From: Eledone cirrhosa
Taxonomy: Eukaryota
Reading direction: 5' to 3'
Length of the DNA stretch: 64,000 bases
NCBI GenBank assembly: GCA_964016885.1
Contig: OZ024740.1
Span: forward strand, 251,596,001-251,660,000
Shown: in pieces, positions 52,301 through 64,000 of the stretch
Position numbering within the stretch: position 1 is the stretch's first letter
Layout of the letters: the number at the start of each line of letters is the position of its first letter
The notes under the pieces: generated by a model
Databases searched by the model: none
Seen by the model: only the letters and a program-made list of their open reading frames with translations
What the model was told of the DNA's origin: nothing
Made by a program: the position numbers and the translations under genes

Positions 52301-54937
52301 TGGACGGCTAGAAATTATCTCTCTTTGGACGGCTGGAAATTATCTCCCCTTGATTTTTTTTACAAATTATCTCCCCCTGATTTTTTTTACAAATATCCCA
52401 GTGATTTTTTTTAAAAAATTATCTCCCCTTCGCTGGCTGGAAATTATCTCCCCTTGGACGCTGGAAATTATAGCCCCTTGGAGGGCTGGAAATTATCTTC
52501 CCTTGGACGGCTGGAAATTATCTCCCCTTGATTTTTTTTACAAATTATCTCCCCCTGATTTTTTTTTACAAATTATCTCCCCCTGATTTTTTTTTACAAA
52601 TTATCTCCCCCTGATTTTTTTTACAACTTATCTCCGCCTGATTTTTTTTAAAAAATCATCTCCCCTTGGACGGCTGGAAATTATCTCCCCTTGGACGGCT
52701 GGAAATTATCTCCCCTTGATTTTTTTACAAATTATCTCCCCCTGATTTTTTTTTACAAATTATCTCCCCCTGATTTTTTTTACAAATTATCTCCCCCTGA
52801 TTTTTTTTACAAATTATCTCCCCCTGATTTTTTTTACAAATTATCTCCGCCTGATTTTTTTAAATATTATCTCTCCTTGGCTGGCGGGAAATTATCTCCC
52901 CTTGGACGGCTGCAAATTATCTCCGCTTGATTTTTTTTACAAATTATCTCCCCCTGATTTTTTTTTAAAAATTATCTCCCCCTGATTTTTTTTACAAATT
53001 ATCTCCCCTGATTTTTTTTTACAAATTATCTCCCCCTGATTTTTTTTTACAAATTATCTCCCCCTGATTTTTTTTTTACAAATTATCTCCCCCTGATTTT
53101 TTTACAAATTATCTCCCCCTGATTTTTTTTACAATCTCCGCCTGATTTTTTTAAAAATTATCTTCCCTTGGCTGGCGGGAAATTATCTCCCCTTGGACGG
53201 CTGGAAATTATCTCCCCTTGGAAGGATGGAAATTATCTCCCCTTGGACGGCTGGAAATTATCTCCCCTTGCACGGCTGGAAATTATCTCCCCTTGGCTGG
53301 AAATTATCTCCCCTTGGACGGCTAGAAATTATCTCTCTTTGGATGGCTGGAAATTATCTCCCTTTGATTTTTTTTACAAATTATCTCCCTCTGATTTTTT
53401 TTACAAATCTCCCCCTGATTTTTTTTTACAAATTATCTCCCCCTGATTTTTTTTACAAACTATCTCCCCCTGATTTTTTTACAAATTATCTCCCCTTGGC
53501 TGGCTGGAAATTATCTCCCCTTGGAGGCTGGAATTTATCTCCCCTTGGACGGCTAGAAATTACCTCTCCTTGGACTGCTGGAAAATATGTCTCCTTGGAC
53601 GGCTGGAAATTATCTCCCCTTGGACGGCTGGAAATTACCTCTCCTTGGACGGCTGAAAATTATCTCCCCTTGGACGGCTGGAAATTATCTCCCCTTGCAC
53701 TGCTGGAAATTATCTCCCCTTGGACGGCTGGAAATTATCTGCCCTTGATTTTGTTTTTACAAATTATCTTCCCCTGATTATTTTTACAAATTATCTCCAC
53801 CTGATTTTTTAAAAAATTATCTCCCCTTGGACGGCTGGAAATTATCTCCCCTTGGCTGGAAATTATCTCCCCTTGGACGGCTAGAAATTATCTCTCTTTG
53901 GACGGCTGGAAATTATCTCCCCTTGATTTTTTTTACAAATTATCTCCCCCTGATTTTTTTTACAAATTATCCCCCCATGATTTTTAAAAAAAAAATTATC
54001 TCCCCTTCGCTGGCTGGAAATTATCTCCCCTTGGACGCTGGAAATTATAGCCCCTTGGAGGGCTGGAAATTATCTTCCCTTGGACGGCTGGAAATTATCT
54101 CCCCTTGATTTTTTTTACAAATTATCTCCCCCTGATTTTTTTTAACAAATTATCTCCCCCTGATTTTTTTTTTACAAATTATCTCCGCCTGATTTTTTTA
54201 AAAAAATTATCTCCCCTTGGACGGCTGGAAATTATCTCCCCTTGGACGGCTGGAAATTATCTCCCGTTGGACGGCTAGAAATTACCTCTCCTTGGACGGC
54301 TGAAAATTATCTCCCCTTGGACGGCTGCAAATTATCTCCCCTTGATTTTTTTTACAAATTATCCCCCCATGATTTTTAAAAAAAAAATTATCTCCCCTTC
54401 GCTGGCTGGAAATTATCTCCCCTTGGACGCTGGAAATTATAGCCCCTTGGAGGGCTGGAAATTATCTTCCCTTGGACGGCTGGAAATTATCTCCCCTTGA
54501 TTTTTTTTACAAATTATCTCCCTCTGATTTTTTTTTACAAATTATCTCCCACTGATTTTTTTTTACAAATTATCTCCCCCTGATTTTTTTTTTACAAATT
54601 ATCTCCGCGTGATTTTTTTAAAAAAATTATCTCCCCTTGGACGGCTGGAAATTATCTCCCCTTGGACGGCTGGAAATTATCTCGCCTTGGACGGCTAGAA
54701 ATTACCTCTCCTTGGACGGCTGAAAATTATCTCCCCTTGGACGGCTGCAAATTATCTCCTCTTGATTTTTTTTACAAATTATCTCCCCCTGATTTTTTTT
54801 ACAAATTATCTCCCCCTGATTTTTTTTACAAATTATCTCCCCCTGATTTTTTTTCCAAATTATCTCCCCCTGATTTTTTTTACAAATTATCTCCCCCTGA
54901 TTTTTTTTACAAATTATCTCCCCCTGATTTTTTTTAC

Positions 54938-57900
54938 AATCTCCGCCTGATTTTTTAAAAAATTATCTTCCCTTGGCTGGCGGGAAATTATCTCCCCTTG
55001 GACGGCTGGAAATTATCTCCCCTTGGACGGCTAGAAATTATCTCTCTTTGGACGGCTGGAAATTATCTCCCCTTGATTTTTTTTACAAATTATCTCCCCC
55101 TGATTTTTTTTACAAATTATCCCCGCATGATTTTTAAAAAAAAAATTATCTCCCCTTCGCTGGCTGGAAATTATCTCCCCTTGGACGCTGGAAATTATAG
55201 CCCCTTGGAGGGCTGGAAATTATCTTCCCTTGGACGGCTGGAAATTATCTCCCCTTAATTTTTTTTACAAATTATCTCCCCCTGATTTTTTTTTACAAAT
55301 TATCTCCCCCTGATTTTTTTTTACAAATTATCTCCCCCTGATTTTTTTTTTACAAATTATCTCCGCCTGATTTTTAAAAAAAAATTATCTCCCCTTGGAC
55401 GGCTGGAAATTATCTCCCCTTGGACGGCTGGAAATTATCTCCCCTTGGACGGCTAGAAATTACCTCTCCTTGGACGGCTGAAAATTATCTCCCCTTGGAC
55501 GGCTGCAAATTATCTCCCCTTGATTTTTTTTACAAATTATCTCCCCCTGATTTTTTTTACAAATTATCTCCCCCTGATTTTTTTTACAAATTATCTCCCC
55601 CTGATTTTTTTTTACAAATTATCTCCCCCTGATTTTTTTTTACAAATTAACTCCCCCTGATTTTTTTTACAAATTATCTCCCCCTGATTTTTTTTACAAA
55701 TTATCTCCCCCTGATTTTTTTTTACAAATTATCTCCCCTTGATTTTTTTTTACAAATTATCTGCCCCTGATTTTTTTTTTACAAATTATCTCCCCCTGAT
55801 TTTTTTACAAATTATCTCCCCCTGATTTTTTTTACAAATTATCTCCCGCTGATTTTTTTTACAAATTATCTCCCCTTGATTTTTTTTTACAAATTATCTC
55901 CCCTTGATTTTTTTTTACAAATTATCTCCCCCTGATTTTTTTTTTACAAATTATCTCCCCCTGATTTTTTTAAAAATTATCTTCCCTTGGCTGGCGGGAA
56001 ATTATCTCCCCTTGGACGGCTGGAAATTATCTCCCCTTGGAAGGATGTAAATTATCTCCCCTTGGACGGCTGGAAATTATCTCCCCTTGCACGGCTGGAA
56101 ATTATCTCCCCTTGGACGCTGGAAATTATAGCCCCTTGGAGGGCTGGAAATTATCTTCCCTTGGACGGCTGGAAATTATCTTCCCTTGGACGGCTGGAAA
56201 TTATCTCCCCTTGATTTTTTTTACAAATTATCTCCCCCTGATTTTTTTTTACAAATTATCTCCCCCTGATTTTTTTTACAAATTATCTACCCCTGATTTT
56301 TTTTACAAATTATCTCCCCCTGATTTTTTTTTACAAATTATCTCCCTCTGATTTTTTTTTACAAATTATCTCCCCCTGATTTTTTTTTTACAAATTATCT
56401 CCCCCTGATTTTTTTACAAATTATCTCCCCCTGATTTTTTTTACAATCTCCGCCTGATTTTTTAAAAAATTATCTTCCCTTGGCTGGCGGGAAATTATCT
56501 CCCCTTGGACGGCTGGAAATTATCTCCCCTTGGACGGCTAGAAATTATCTCTCTTTGGACGGCTGCAAATTATCTCCCCTTGATTTTTTTTACAAATTAT
56601 CTCCCCCTGATTTTTTTACAAATTATCCCCGCATGATTTTTAAAAAAAAAATTATCTCCCCTTCGCTGGCTGGAAATTATCTCCCCTTGGACGCTGGAAA
56701 TTATAGCCCCTTGGAGGGCTGGAAATTATCTTCCCTTGGACGGCTGGAAATTATCTCCCCTTGATTTTTTTTACAAATTATCTCCCCCTGATTTTTTTTT
56801 ACAAATTATCTCCCCCTGATTTTTTTTTACAAATTATCTCCCCCTGATTTTTTTTTTTACAAATTATCTCCGCCTGATTTTTAAAAAAAAATTATCTCCC
56901 CTTGGACGGCTGGAAATTATCTCCCCTTGGACGGCTGGAAATTATCTCCCCTTGGACGGCTAGAAATTACCTCTCCTTGGACGGCTGAAAATTATCTCCC
57001 CTTGGACGGCTGCAAATTATCTCCCCTTGATTTTTTTTACAAATTATCTCCCCCTGATTTTTTTTACAAATTATCTCCCCCTGATTTTTTTTACAAATTA
57101 TCTCCCCCTGATTTTTTTTTACAAATTATCTCCCCCTGATTTTTTTTTACAAATTATCTCCCCCTGATTTTTTTTACAAATTATCTCCCCCTGATTTTTT
57201 TTACAAATTATCTCCCCCTGATTTTTTTTTACAAATTATCTCCCCTTGATTTTTTTTTACAAATTATCTCCCCCTGATTTTTTTTTTACAAATTATCTCC
57301 CCCTGATTTTTTTACAAATTATCTCCCCCTGATTTTTTTTACAAATTATCTCCCCCTGATTTTTTTTACAAATTATCTCCCCTTGATTTTTTTCTACAAA
57401 TTATCTCCCCCTGATTTTTTTTTTACAAATTATCTCCCCCTGATTTTTTTAAAAATTATCTTCCCTTGGCTGGCGGGAAATTATCTCCCCTTGGACGGCT
57501 GGAAATTATCTCCCCTTGGAAGGATGTAAATTATCTCCCCTTGGACGGCTGGAAATTATCTCCCCTTGCACGGCTGGAAATTATCTCCCCTTGATTTTTT
57601 TTACAAATTATCTCCCCCTGATTTTTTTTTACAAATTATCTCCCCCTGATTTTTTTTTACAAATTATCTCCCCCTGATTTTTTTTACAAATTATCTCCCC
57701 CTGATTTAAAAAAAAAAAATTATCTCCCCTTCGCTGGCTGGAAATTATCTCCCCTTGGACGCTGGAAATTATAGCCCCTTGGAGGGCTGGAAATTATCTT
57801 CCCTTGGACGGCTGGAAATTATCTTCCCTTGGACGGCTGGAAATTATCTCCCCTTGATTTTTTTTACAAATTATCTCCCCCTGATTTTTTTTTACAAATT

Positions 57901-60900
57901 ATCTCCCCCTGATTTTTTTTACAAATTATCTCCCCCTGATTTTTTTTACAATCTCCGCCTGATTTTTTAAAAAATTATCTTCCCTTGGCTGGCGGGAAAT
58001 TATCTCCCCTTGGACGGCTGGAAATTATCTCCCCTTGGACGGCTAGAAATTATCTCTCTTTGGACGGCTGGAAATTATCTCCCCTTGATTTTTTTTACAA
58101 ATTATCTCCCCCTGATTTTTTTTACAAATTATCCCCGCATGATTTTTAAAAAAAAAATTATCTCCCCTTCGCTGGCTGGAAATTATCTCCCCTTGGACGC
58201 TGGAAATTATAGCCCCTTGGAGGGCTGGAAATTATCTTCCCTTGGACGGCTGGAAATTATCTCCCCTTAATTTTTTTTACAAATTATCTCCCCCTGATTT
58301 TTTTTTACAAATTATCTCCCCCTGATTTTTTTTTACAAATTATATCCCCCTGATTTTTTTTTTTACAAATTATCTCCGCCTGATTTTTAAAAAAAAATTA
58401 TCTCCCCTTGGACGGCTGGAAATTATCTCCCCTTGGACGGCTGGAAATTATCTCCCCTTGGACGGCTAGAAATTACCTCTCCTTGGACGGCTGAAAATTA
58501 TCTCCCCTTGGACGGCTGCAAATTATCTCCCCTTGATTTTTTTTACAAATTATCTCCCCCTGATTTTTTTTACAAATTATCTCCCCCTGATTTTTTTTAC
58601 AAATTATCTCCCCCTGATTTTTTTTTACAAATTATCTCCCCCTGATTTTTTTTTACAAATTAACTCCCCCTGATTTTTTTTACAAATTATCTCCCCCTGA
58701 TTTTTTTTACAAATTATCTCCCCCTGATTTTTTTTTACAAATTATCTCCCCTTGATTTTTTTTTACAAATTATCTGCCCCTGATTTTTTTTTTACAAATT
58801 ATCTCCCCCTGATTTTTTTACAAATTATCTCCCCCTGATTTTTTTTACAAATTATCTCCCGCTGATTTTTTTTACAAATTATCTCCCCTTGATTTTTTTT
58901 TACAAATTATCTCCCCTTGATTTTTTTTTACAAATTATCTCCCCCTGATTTTTTTTTTACAAATTATCTCCCCCTGATTTTTTTAAAAATTATCTTCCCT
59001 TGGCTGGCGGGAAATTATCTCCCCTTGGACGGCTGGAAATTATCTCCCCTTGGAAGGATGTAAATTATCTCCCCTTGGACGGCTGGAAATTATCTCCCCT
59101 TGCACGGCTGGAAATTATCTCCCCTTGGACGCTGGAAATTATAGCCCCTTGGAGGGCTGGAAATTATCTTCCCTTGGACGGCTGGAAATTATCTTCCCTT
59201 GGACGGCTGGAAATTATCTCCCCTTGATTTTTTTTACAAATTATCTCCCCCTGATTTTTTTTTACAAATTATCTCCCCCTGATTTTTTTTACAAATTATC
59301 TACCCCTGATTTTTTTTACAAATTATCTCCCCCTGATTTTTTTTTACAAATTATCTCCCTCTGATTTTTTTTTACAAATTATCTCCCCCTGATTTTTTTT
59401 TTACAAATTATCTCCCCCTGATTTTTTTACAAATTATCTCCCCCTGATTTTTTTTACAATCTCCGCCTGATTTTTTAAAAAATTATCTTCCCTTGGCTGG
59501 CGGGAAATTATCTCCCCTTGGACGGCTGGAAATTATCTCCCCTTGGACGGCTAGAAATTATCTCTCTTTGGACGGCTGCAAATTATCTCCCCTTGATTTT
59601 TTTTACAAATTATCTCCCCCTGATTTTTTTACAAATTATCCCCGCATGATTTTTAAAAAAAAAATTATCTCCCCTTCGCTGGCTGGAAATTATCTCCCCT
59701 TGGACGCTGGAAATTATAGCCCCTTGGAGGGCTGGAAATTATCTTCCCTTGGACGGCTGGAAATTATCTCCCCTTGGACGGCTGGAAATTATCTCCCCTT
59801 GGACGGCTAGAAATTATCTCTCTTTGGACGGCTGGAAATTATCTCCCCTTGATTTTTTTTACAAATTATCTCCCCCTGATTTTTTTTACAAATTATCCCC
59901 GCATGATTTTTAAAAAAAAAATTATCTCCCCTTCGCTGGCTGGAAATTATCTCCCCTTGGACGCTGGAAATTATAGCCCCTTGGAGGGCTGGAAATTATC
60001 TTCCCTTGGACGGCTGGAAATTATCTCCCCTTAATTTTTTTTACAAATTATCTCCCCCTGATTTTTTTTTACAAATTATCTCCCCCTGATTTTTTTTTAC
60101 AAATTATATCCCCCTGATTTTTTTTTTTACAAATTATCTCCGCCTGATTTTTAAAAAAAAATTATCTCCCCTTGGACGGCTGGAAATTATCTCCCCTTGG
60201 ACGGCTGGAAATTATCTCCCCTTGGACGGCTAGAAATTACCTCTCCTTGGACGGCTGAAAATTATCTCCCCTTGGACGGCTGCAAATTATCTCCCCTTGA
60301 TTTTTTTTACAAATTATCTCCCCCTGATTTTTTTTACAAATTATCTCCCCCTGATTTTTTTTACAAATTATCTCCCCCTGATTTTTTTTTACAAATTATC
60401 TCCCCCTGATTTTTTTTTACAAATTAACTCCCCCTGATTTTTTTTACAAATTATCTCCCCCTGATTTTTTTTACAAATTATCTCCCCCTGATTTTTTTTT
60501 ACAAATTATCTCCCCTTGATTTTTTTTTACAAATTATCTGCCCCTGATTTTTTTTTTACAAATTATCTCCCCCTGATTTTTTTACAAATTATCTCCCCCT
60601 GATTTTTTTTACAAATTATCTCCCGCTGATTTTTTTTACAAATTATCTCCCCTTGATTTTTTTTTACAAATTATCTCCCCTTGATTTTTTTTTACAAATT
60701 ATCTCCCCCTGATTTTTTTTTTACAAATTATCTCCCCCTGATTTTTTTAAAAATTATCTTCCCTTGGCTGGCGGGAAATTATCTCCCCTTGGACGGCTGG
60801 AAATTATCTCCCCTTGGAAGGATGTAAATTATCTCCCCTTGGACGGCTGGAAATTATCTCCCCTTGCACGGCTGGAAATTATCTCCCCTTGGACGCTGGA

Positions 60901-63900
60901 AATTATAGCCCCTTGGAGGGCTGGAAATTATCTTCCCTTGGACGGCTGGAAATTATCTTCCCTTGGACGGCTGGAAATTATCTCCCCTTGATTTTTTTTA
61001 CAAATTATCTCCCCCTGATTTTTTTTTACAAATTATCTCCCCCTGATTTTTTTTACAAATTATCTACCCCTGATTTTTTTTACAAATTATCTCCCCCTGA
61101 TTTTTTTTTACAAATTATCTCCCTCTGATTTTTTTTTACAAATTATCTCCCCCTGATTTTTTTTTTACAAATTATCTCCCCCTGATTTTTTTACAAATTA
61201 TCTCCCCCTGATTTTTTTTACAATCTCCGCCTGATTTTTTAAAAAATTATCTTCCCTTGGCTGGCGGGAAATTATCTCCCCTTGGACGGCTGGAAATTAT
61301 CTCCCCTTGGACGGCTAGAAATTATCTCTCTTTGGACGGCTGCAAATTATCTCCCCTTGATTTTTTTTACAAATTATCTCCCCCTGATTTTTTTACAAAT
61401 TATCCCCGCATGATTTTTAAAAAAAAAATTATCTCCCCTTCGCTGGCTGGAAATTATCTCCCCTTGGACGCTGGAAATTATAGCCCCTTGGAGGGCTGGA
61501 AATTATCTTCCCTTGGACGGCTGGAAATTATCTCCCCTTGATTTTTTTTACAAATTATCTCCCCCTGATTTTTTTTTACAAATTATCTCCCCCTGATTTT
61601 TTTTTACAAATTATCTCCCCCTGATTTTTTTTTTTACAAATTATCTCCGCCTGATTTTTAAAAAAAAATTATCTCCCCTTGGACGGCTGGAAATTATCTC
61701 CCCTTGGACGGCTGGAAATTATCTCCCCTTGGACGGCTAGAAATTACCTCTCCTTGGACGGCTGAAAATTATCTCCCCTTGGACGGCTGCAAATTATCTC
61801 CCCTTGATTTTTTTTACAAATTATCTCCCCCTGATTTTTTTTACAAATTATCTCCCCCTGATTTTTTTTACAAATTATCTCCCCCTGATTTTTTTTTACA
61901 AATTATCTCCCCCTGATTTTTTTTTACAAATTATCTCCCCCTGATTTTTTTTACAAATTATCTCCCCCTGATTTTTTTTACAAATTATCTCCCCCTGATT
62001 TTTTTTTACAAATTATCTCCCCTTGATTTTTTTTTACAAATTATCTCCCCCTGATTTTTTTTTTACAAATTATCTCCCCCTGATTTTTTTACAAATTATC
62101 TCCCCCTGATTTTTTTTACAAATTATCTCCCCCTGATTTTTTTTACAAATTATCTCCCCTTGATTTTTTTCTACAAATTATCTCCCCCTGATTTTTTTTT
62201 TACAAATTATCTCCCCCTGATTTTTTTAAAAATTATCTTCCCTTGGCTGGCGGGAAATTATCTCCCCTTGGACGGCTGGAAATTATCTCCCCTTGGAAGG
62301 ATGTAAATTATCTCCCCTTGGACGGCTGGAAATTATCTCCCCTTGCACGGCTGGAAATTATCTCCCCTTGATTTTTTTTACAAATTATCTCCCCCTGATT
62401 TTTTTTTACAAATTATCTCCCCCTGATTTTTTTTTACAAATTATCTCCCCCTGATTTTTTTTACAAATTATCTCCCCCTGATTTAAAAAAAAAAAATTAT
62501 CTCCCCTTCGCTGGCTGGAAATTATCTCCCCTTGGACGCTGGAAATTATAGCCCCTTGGAGGGCTGGAAATTATCTTCCCTTGGACGGCTGGAAATTATC
62601 TTCCCTTGGACGGCTGGAAATTATCTCCCCTTGATTTTTTTTACAAATTATCTCCCCCTGATTTTTTTTTACAAATTATCTCCCCCTGATTTTTTTTACA
62701 AATTATCTCCCCCTGATTTTTTTTACAATCTCCGCCTGATTTTTTAAAAAATTATCTTCCCTTGGCTGGCGGGAAATTATCTCCCCTTGGACGGCTGGAA
62801 ATTATCTCCCCTTGGACGGCTAGAAATTATCTCTCTTTGGACGGCTGGAAATTATCTCCCCTTGATTTTTTTTACAAATTATCTCCCCCTGATTTTTTTT
62901 ACAAATTATCCCCGCATGATTTTTTAAAAAAAAATTATCTCCCCTTCGCTGGCTGGAAATTATCTCCCCTTGGACGCTGGAAATTATAGCCCCTTGGAGG
63001 GCTGGAAATTATCTTCCCTTGGACGGCTGGAAATTATCTCCCCTTAATTTTTTTTACAAATTATCTCCCCCTGATTTTTTTTTACAAATTATCTCCCCCT
63101 GATTTTTTTTTACAAATTATATCCCCCTGATTTTTTTTTTTACAAATTATCTCCGCCTGATTTTTAAAAAAAAATTATCTCCCCTTGGACGGCTGGAAAT
63201 TATCTCCCCTTGGACGGCTGGAAATTATCTCCCCTTGGACGGCTAGAAATTACCTCTCCTTGGACGGCTGAAAATTATCTCCCCTTGGACGGCTGCAAAT
63301 TATCTCCCCTTGATTTTTTTTACAAATTATCTCCCCCTGATTTTTTTTACAAATTATCTCCCCCTGATTTTTTTTACAAATTATCTCCCCCTGATTTTTT
63401 TTTACAAATTATCTCCCCCTGATTTTTTTTTACAAATTATCTCCCCCTGATTTTTTTTACAAATTATCTCCCCCTGATTTTTTTTACAAATTATCTCCCC
63501 CTGATTTTTTTTTACAAATTATCTCCCCTTGATTTTTTTTTACAAATTATCTGCCCCTGATTTTTTTTTTACAAATTATCTCCCCCTGATTTTTTTACAA
63601 ATTATCTCCCCCTGATTTTTTTTACAAATTATCTCCCCCTGATTTTTTTTACAAATTATCTCCCCTTGATTTTTTTTTACAAATTATCTCCCCTTGATTT
63701 TTTTTTACAAATTATCTCCCCCTGATTTTTTTTTTACAAATTATCTCCCCCTGATTTTTTTAAAAATTATCTTCCCTTGGCTGGCGGGAAATTATCTCCC
63801 CTTGGACGGCTGGAAATTATCTCCCCTTGGAAGGATGTAAATTATCTCCCCTTGGACGGCTGGAAATTATCTCCCCTTGCACGGCTGGAAATTATCTCCC

Positions 63901-64000
63901 CTTGATTTTTTTTACAAATTATCTCCCCCTGATTTTTTTTTACAAATTATCTCCCCCTGATTTTTTTTTACAAATTATCTCCCCCTGATTTTTTTTACAA
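54938..64000 (+). repeat. Homogenised domain of alternating ~1,507/1,506-bp units (3,013-bp dimer) containing an extra 1,764-bp tandem duplication
   Basis: The same landmark occurs at 55420, 56927, 58433, 60197, 61704 and 63210 (spacings 1507, 1506, 1764, 1507, 1506). Offsets of 3,013 (55987->59000) and 1,764 (59000->60764) are also seen. Confidence 0.9.

Larger units (their letters stand above)
33493..53831 (+). repeat. Near-perfect tandem duplication of 10,144 bp (33493-43687 and 43637-53831)
   Basis: ORF entries from 33539 to 43049 recur at exactly +10,144. Private variants are shared between the copies (attgtctcc ~34623/44767, tttgtac ~35291/45435, aaaagttatc ~37149/47293, tatttcccc ~39254/49398, ggactgctgg ~43432/53576). 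Confidence 0.96.
1..64000 (+). repeat. Composite tandem satellite DNA array of two monomer families (A 25 bp, B ~27 bp) sharing a 13-bp core AAATTATCTCCCC; runs off both window ends
   Basis: The core recurs every ~21-30 bp from the first line to the last, always on the same strand. I saw no unique sequence and no inversion. Confidence 0.99.

Noticed and set aside
120-63422. All ORFs in the track (60-194 aa; repeats of WKLSPLG, EIISPW, NYLPL, FFYKLSPPD)
   Set aside because: They are translations of the satellite in all three plus frames. The 25-bp monomer is not a multiple of 3, the starts I checked are TTG from CCTTGG or CCTTGA, frames break at variable T runs, and no protein domain is recognisable.
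1-64000. CRISPR-like pattern of constant repeat plus variable spacer
   Set aside because: The constant part is only ~13 bp, the 'spacers' are two recurring 12-16-bp linkers rather than unique sequences, and there is no leader or cas gene.
1-64000. Telomerase-synthesised telomeric repeat (25-bp unit with a G-run on one strand, as in some yeasts)
   Set aside because: Kilobase-scale HORs with inherited point variants indicate amplification by recombination rather than templated addition of single units. No chromosome end is visible, although a subtelomeric location cannot be excluded.
1-64000. Whole array as a sequencing or assembly artefact (concatemer or low-complexity noise)
   Set aside because: Hierarchically shared SNPs, indels and homopolymer patterns form a consistent genealogy that random error would not produce. 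Individual duplications still need read support.
1-64000. Embedded transposon, rDNA, tRNA or inverted segment
   Set aside because: I saw no non-satellite stretch and no reverse-orientation core (GGGGAGATAATTT on the plus strand) while reading the window.

Overview
The whole 64-kb window is one uninterrupted, single-orientation tandem satellite array. I can support no gene, RNA gene, transposon or CRISPR array. It has two short monomer types that share the core AAATTATCTCCCC: type A (25 bp, AAATTATCTCCCCTTGGACGGCTGG, about 52% GC) and type B (about 26-30 bp, AAATTATCTCCCCCTGA-T7-11-AC, about 30% GC). That is roughly 2,400 monomers by arithmetic estimate. The two types alternate in homogeneous blocks (about 1-10 A, about 1-17 B), joined by junction-specific variants. 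Diagnostic variants and homopolymer lengths reveal nested higher-order repeats (HORs): a ~6.0-kb master unit, tandem duplications of about 931, 1,150, 1,671, 1,764, 3,013, 3,899 and 10,144 bp, and long-range copies at offsets of about 14.9, 27.5 and 33.7 kb. All listed ORFs are by-products of the repeat. This architecture is typical of eukaryotic heterochromatic or (peri)centromeric satellite, but organism and function cannot be determined from this sequence alone. The most notable signals are the two-letter block grammar, the inherited poly-T length barcode, a length-conserving sliding T/A junction, a fixed variant that looks like a template-switch hairpin, and a GATA consensus in nearly every monomer.
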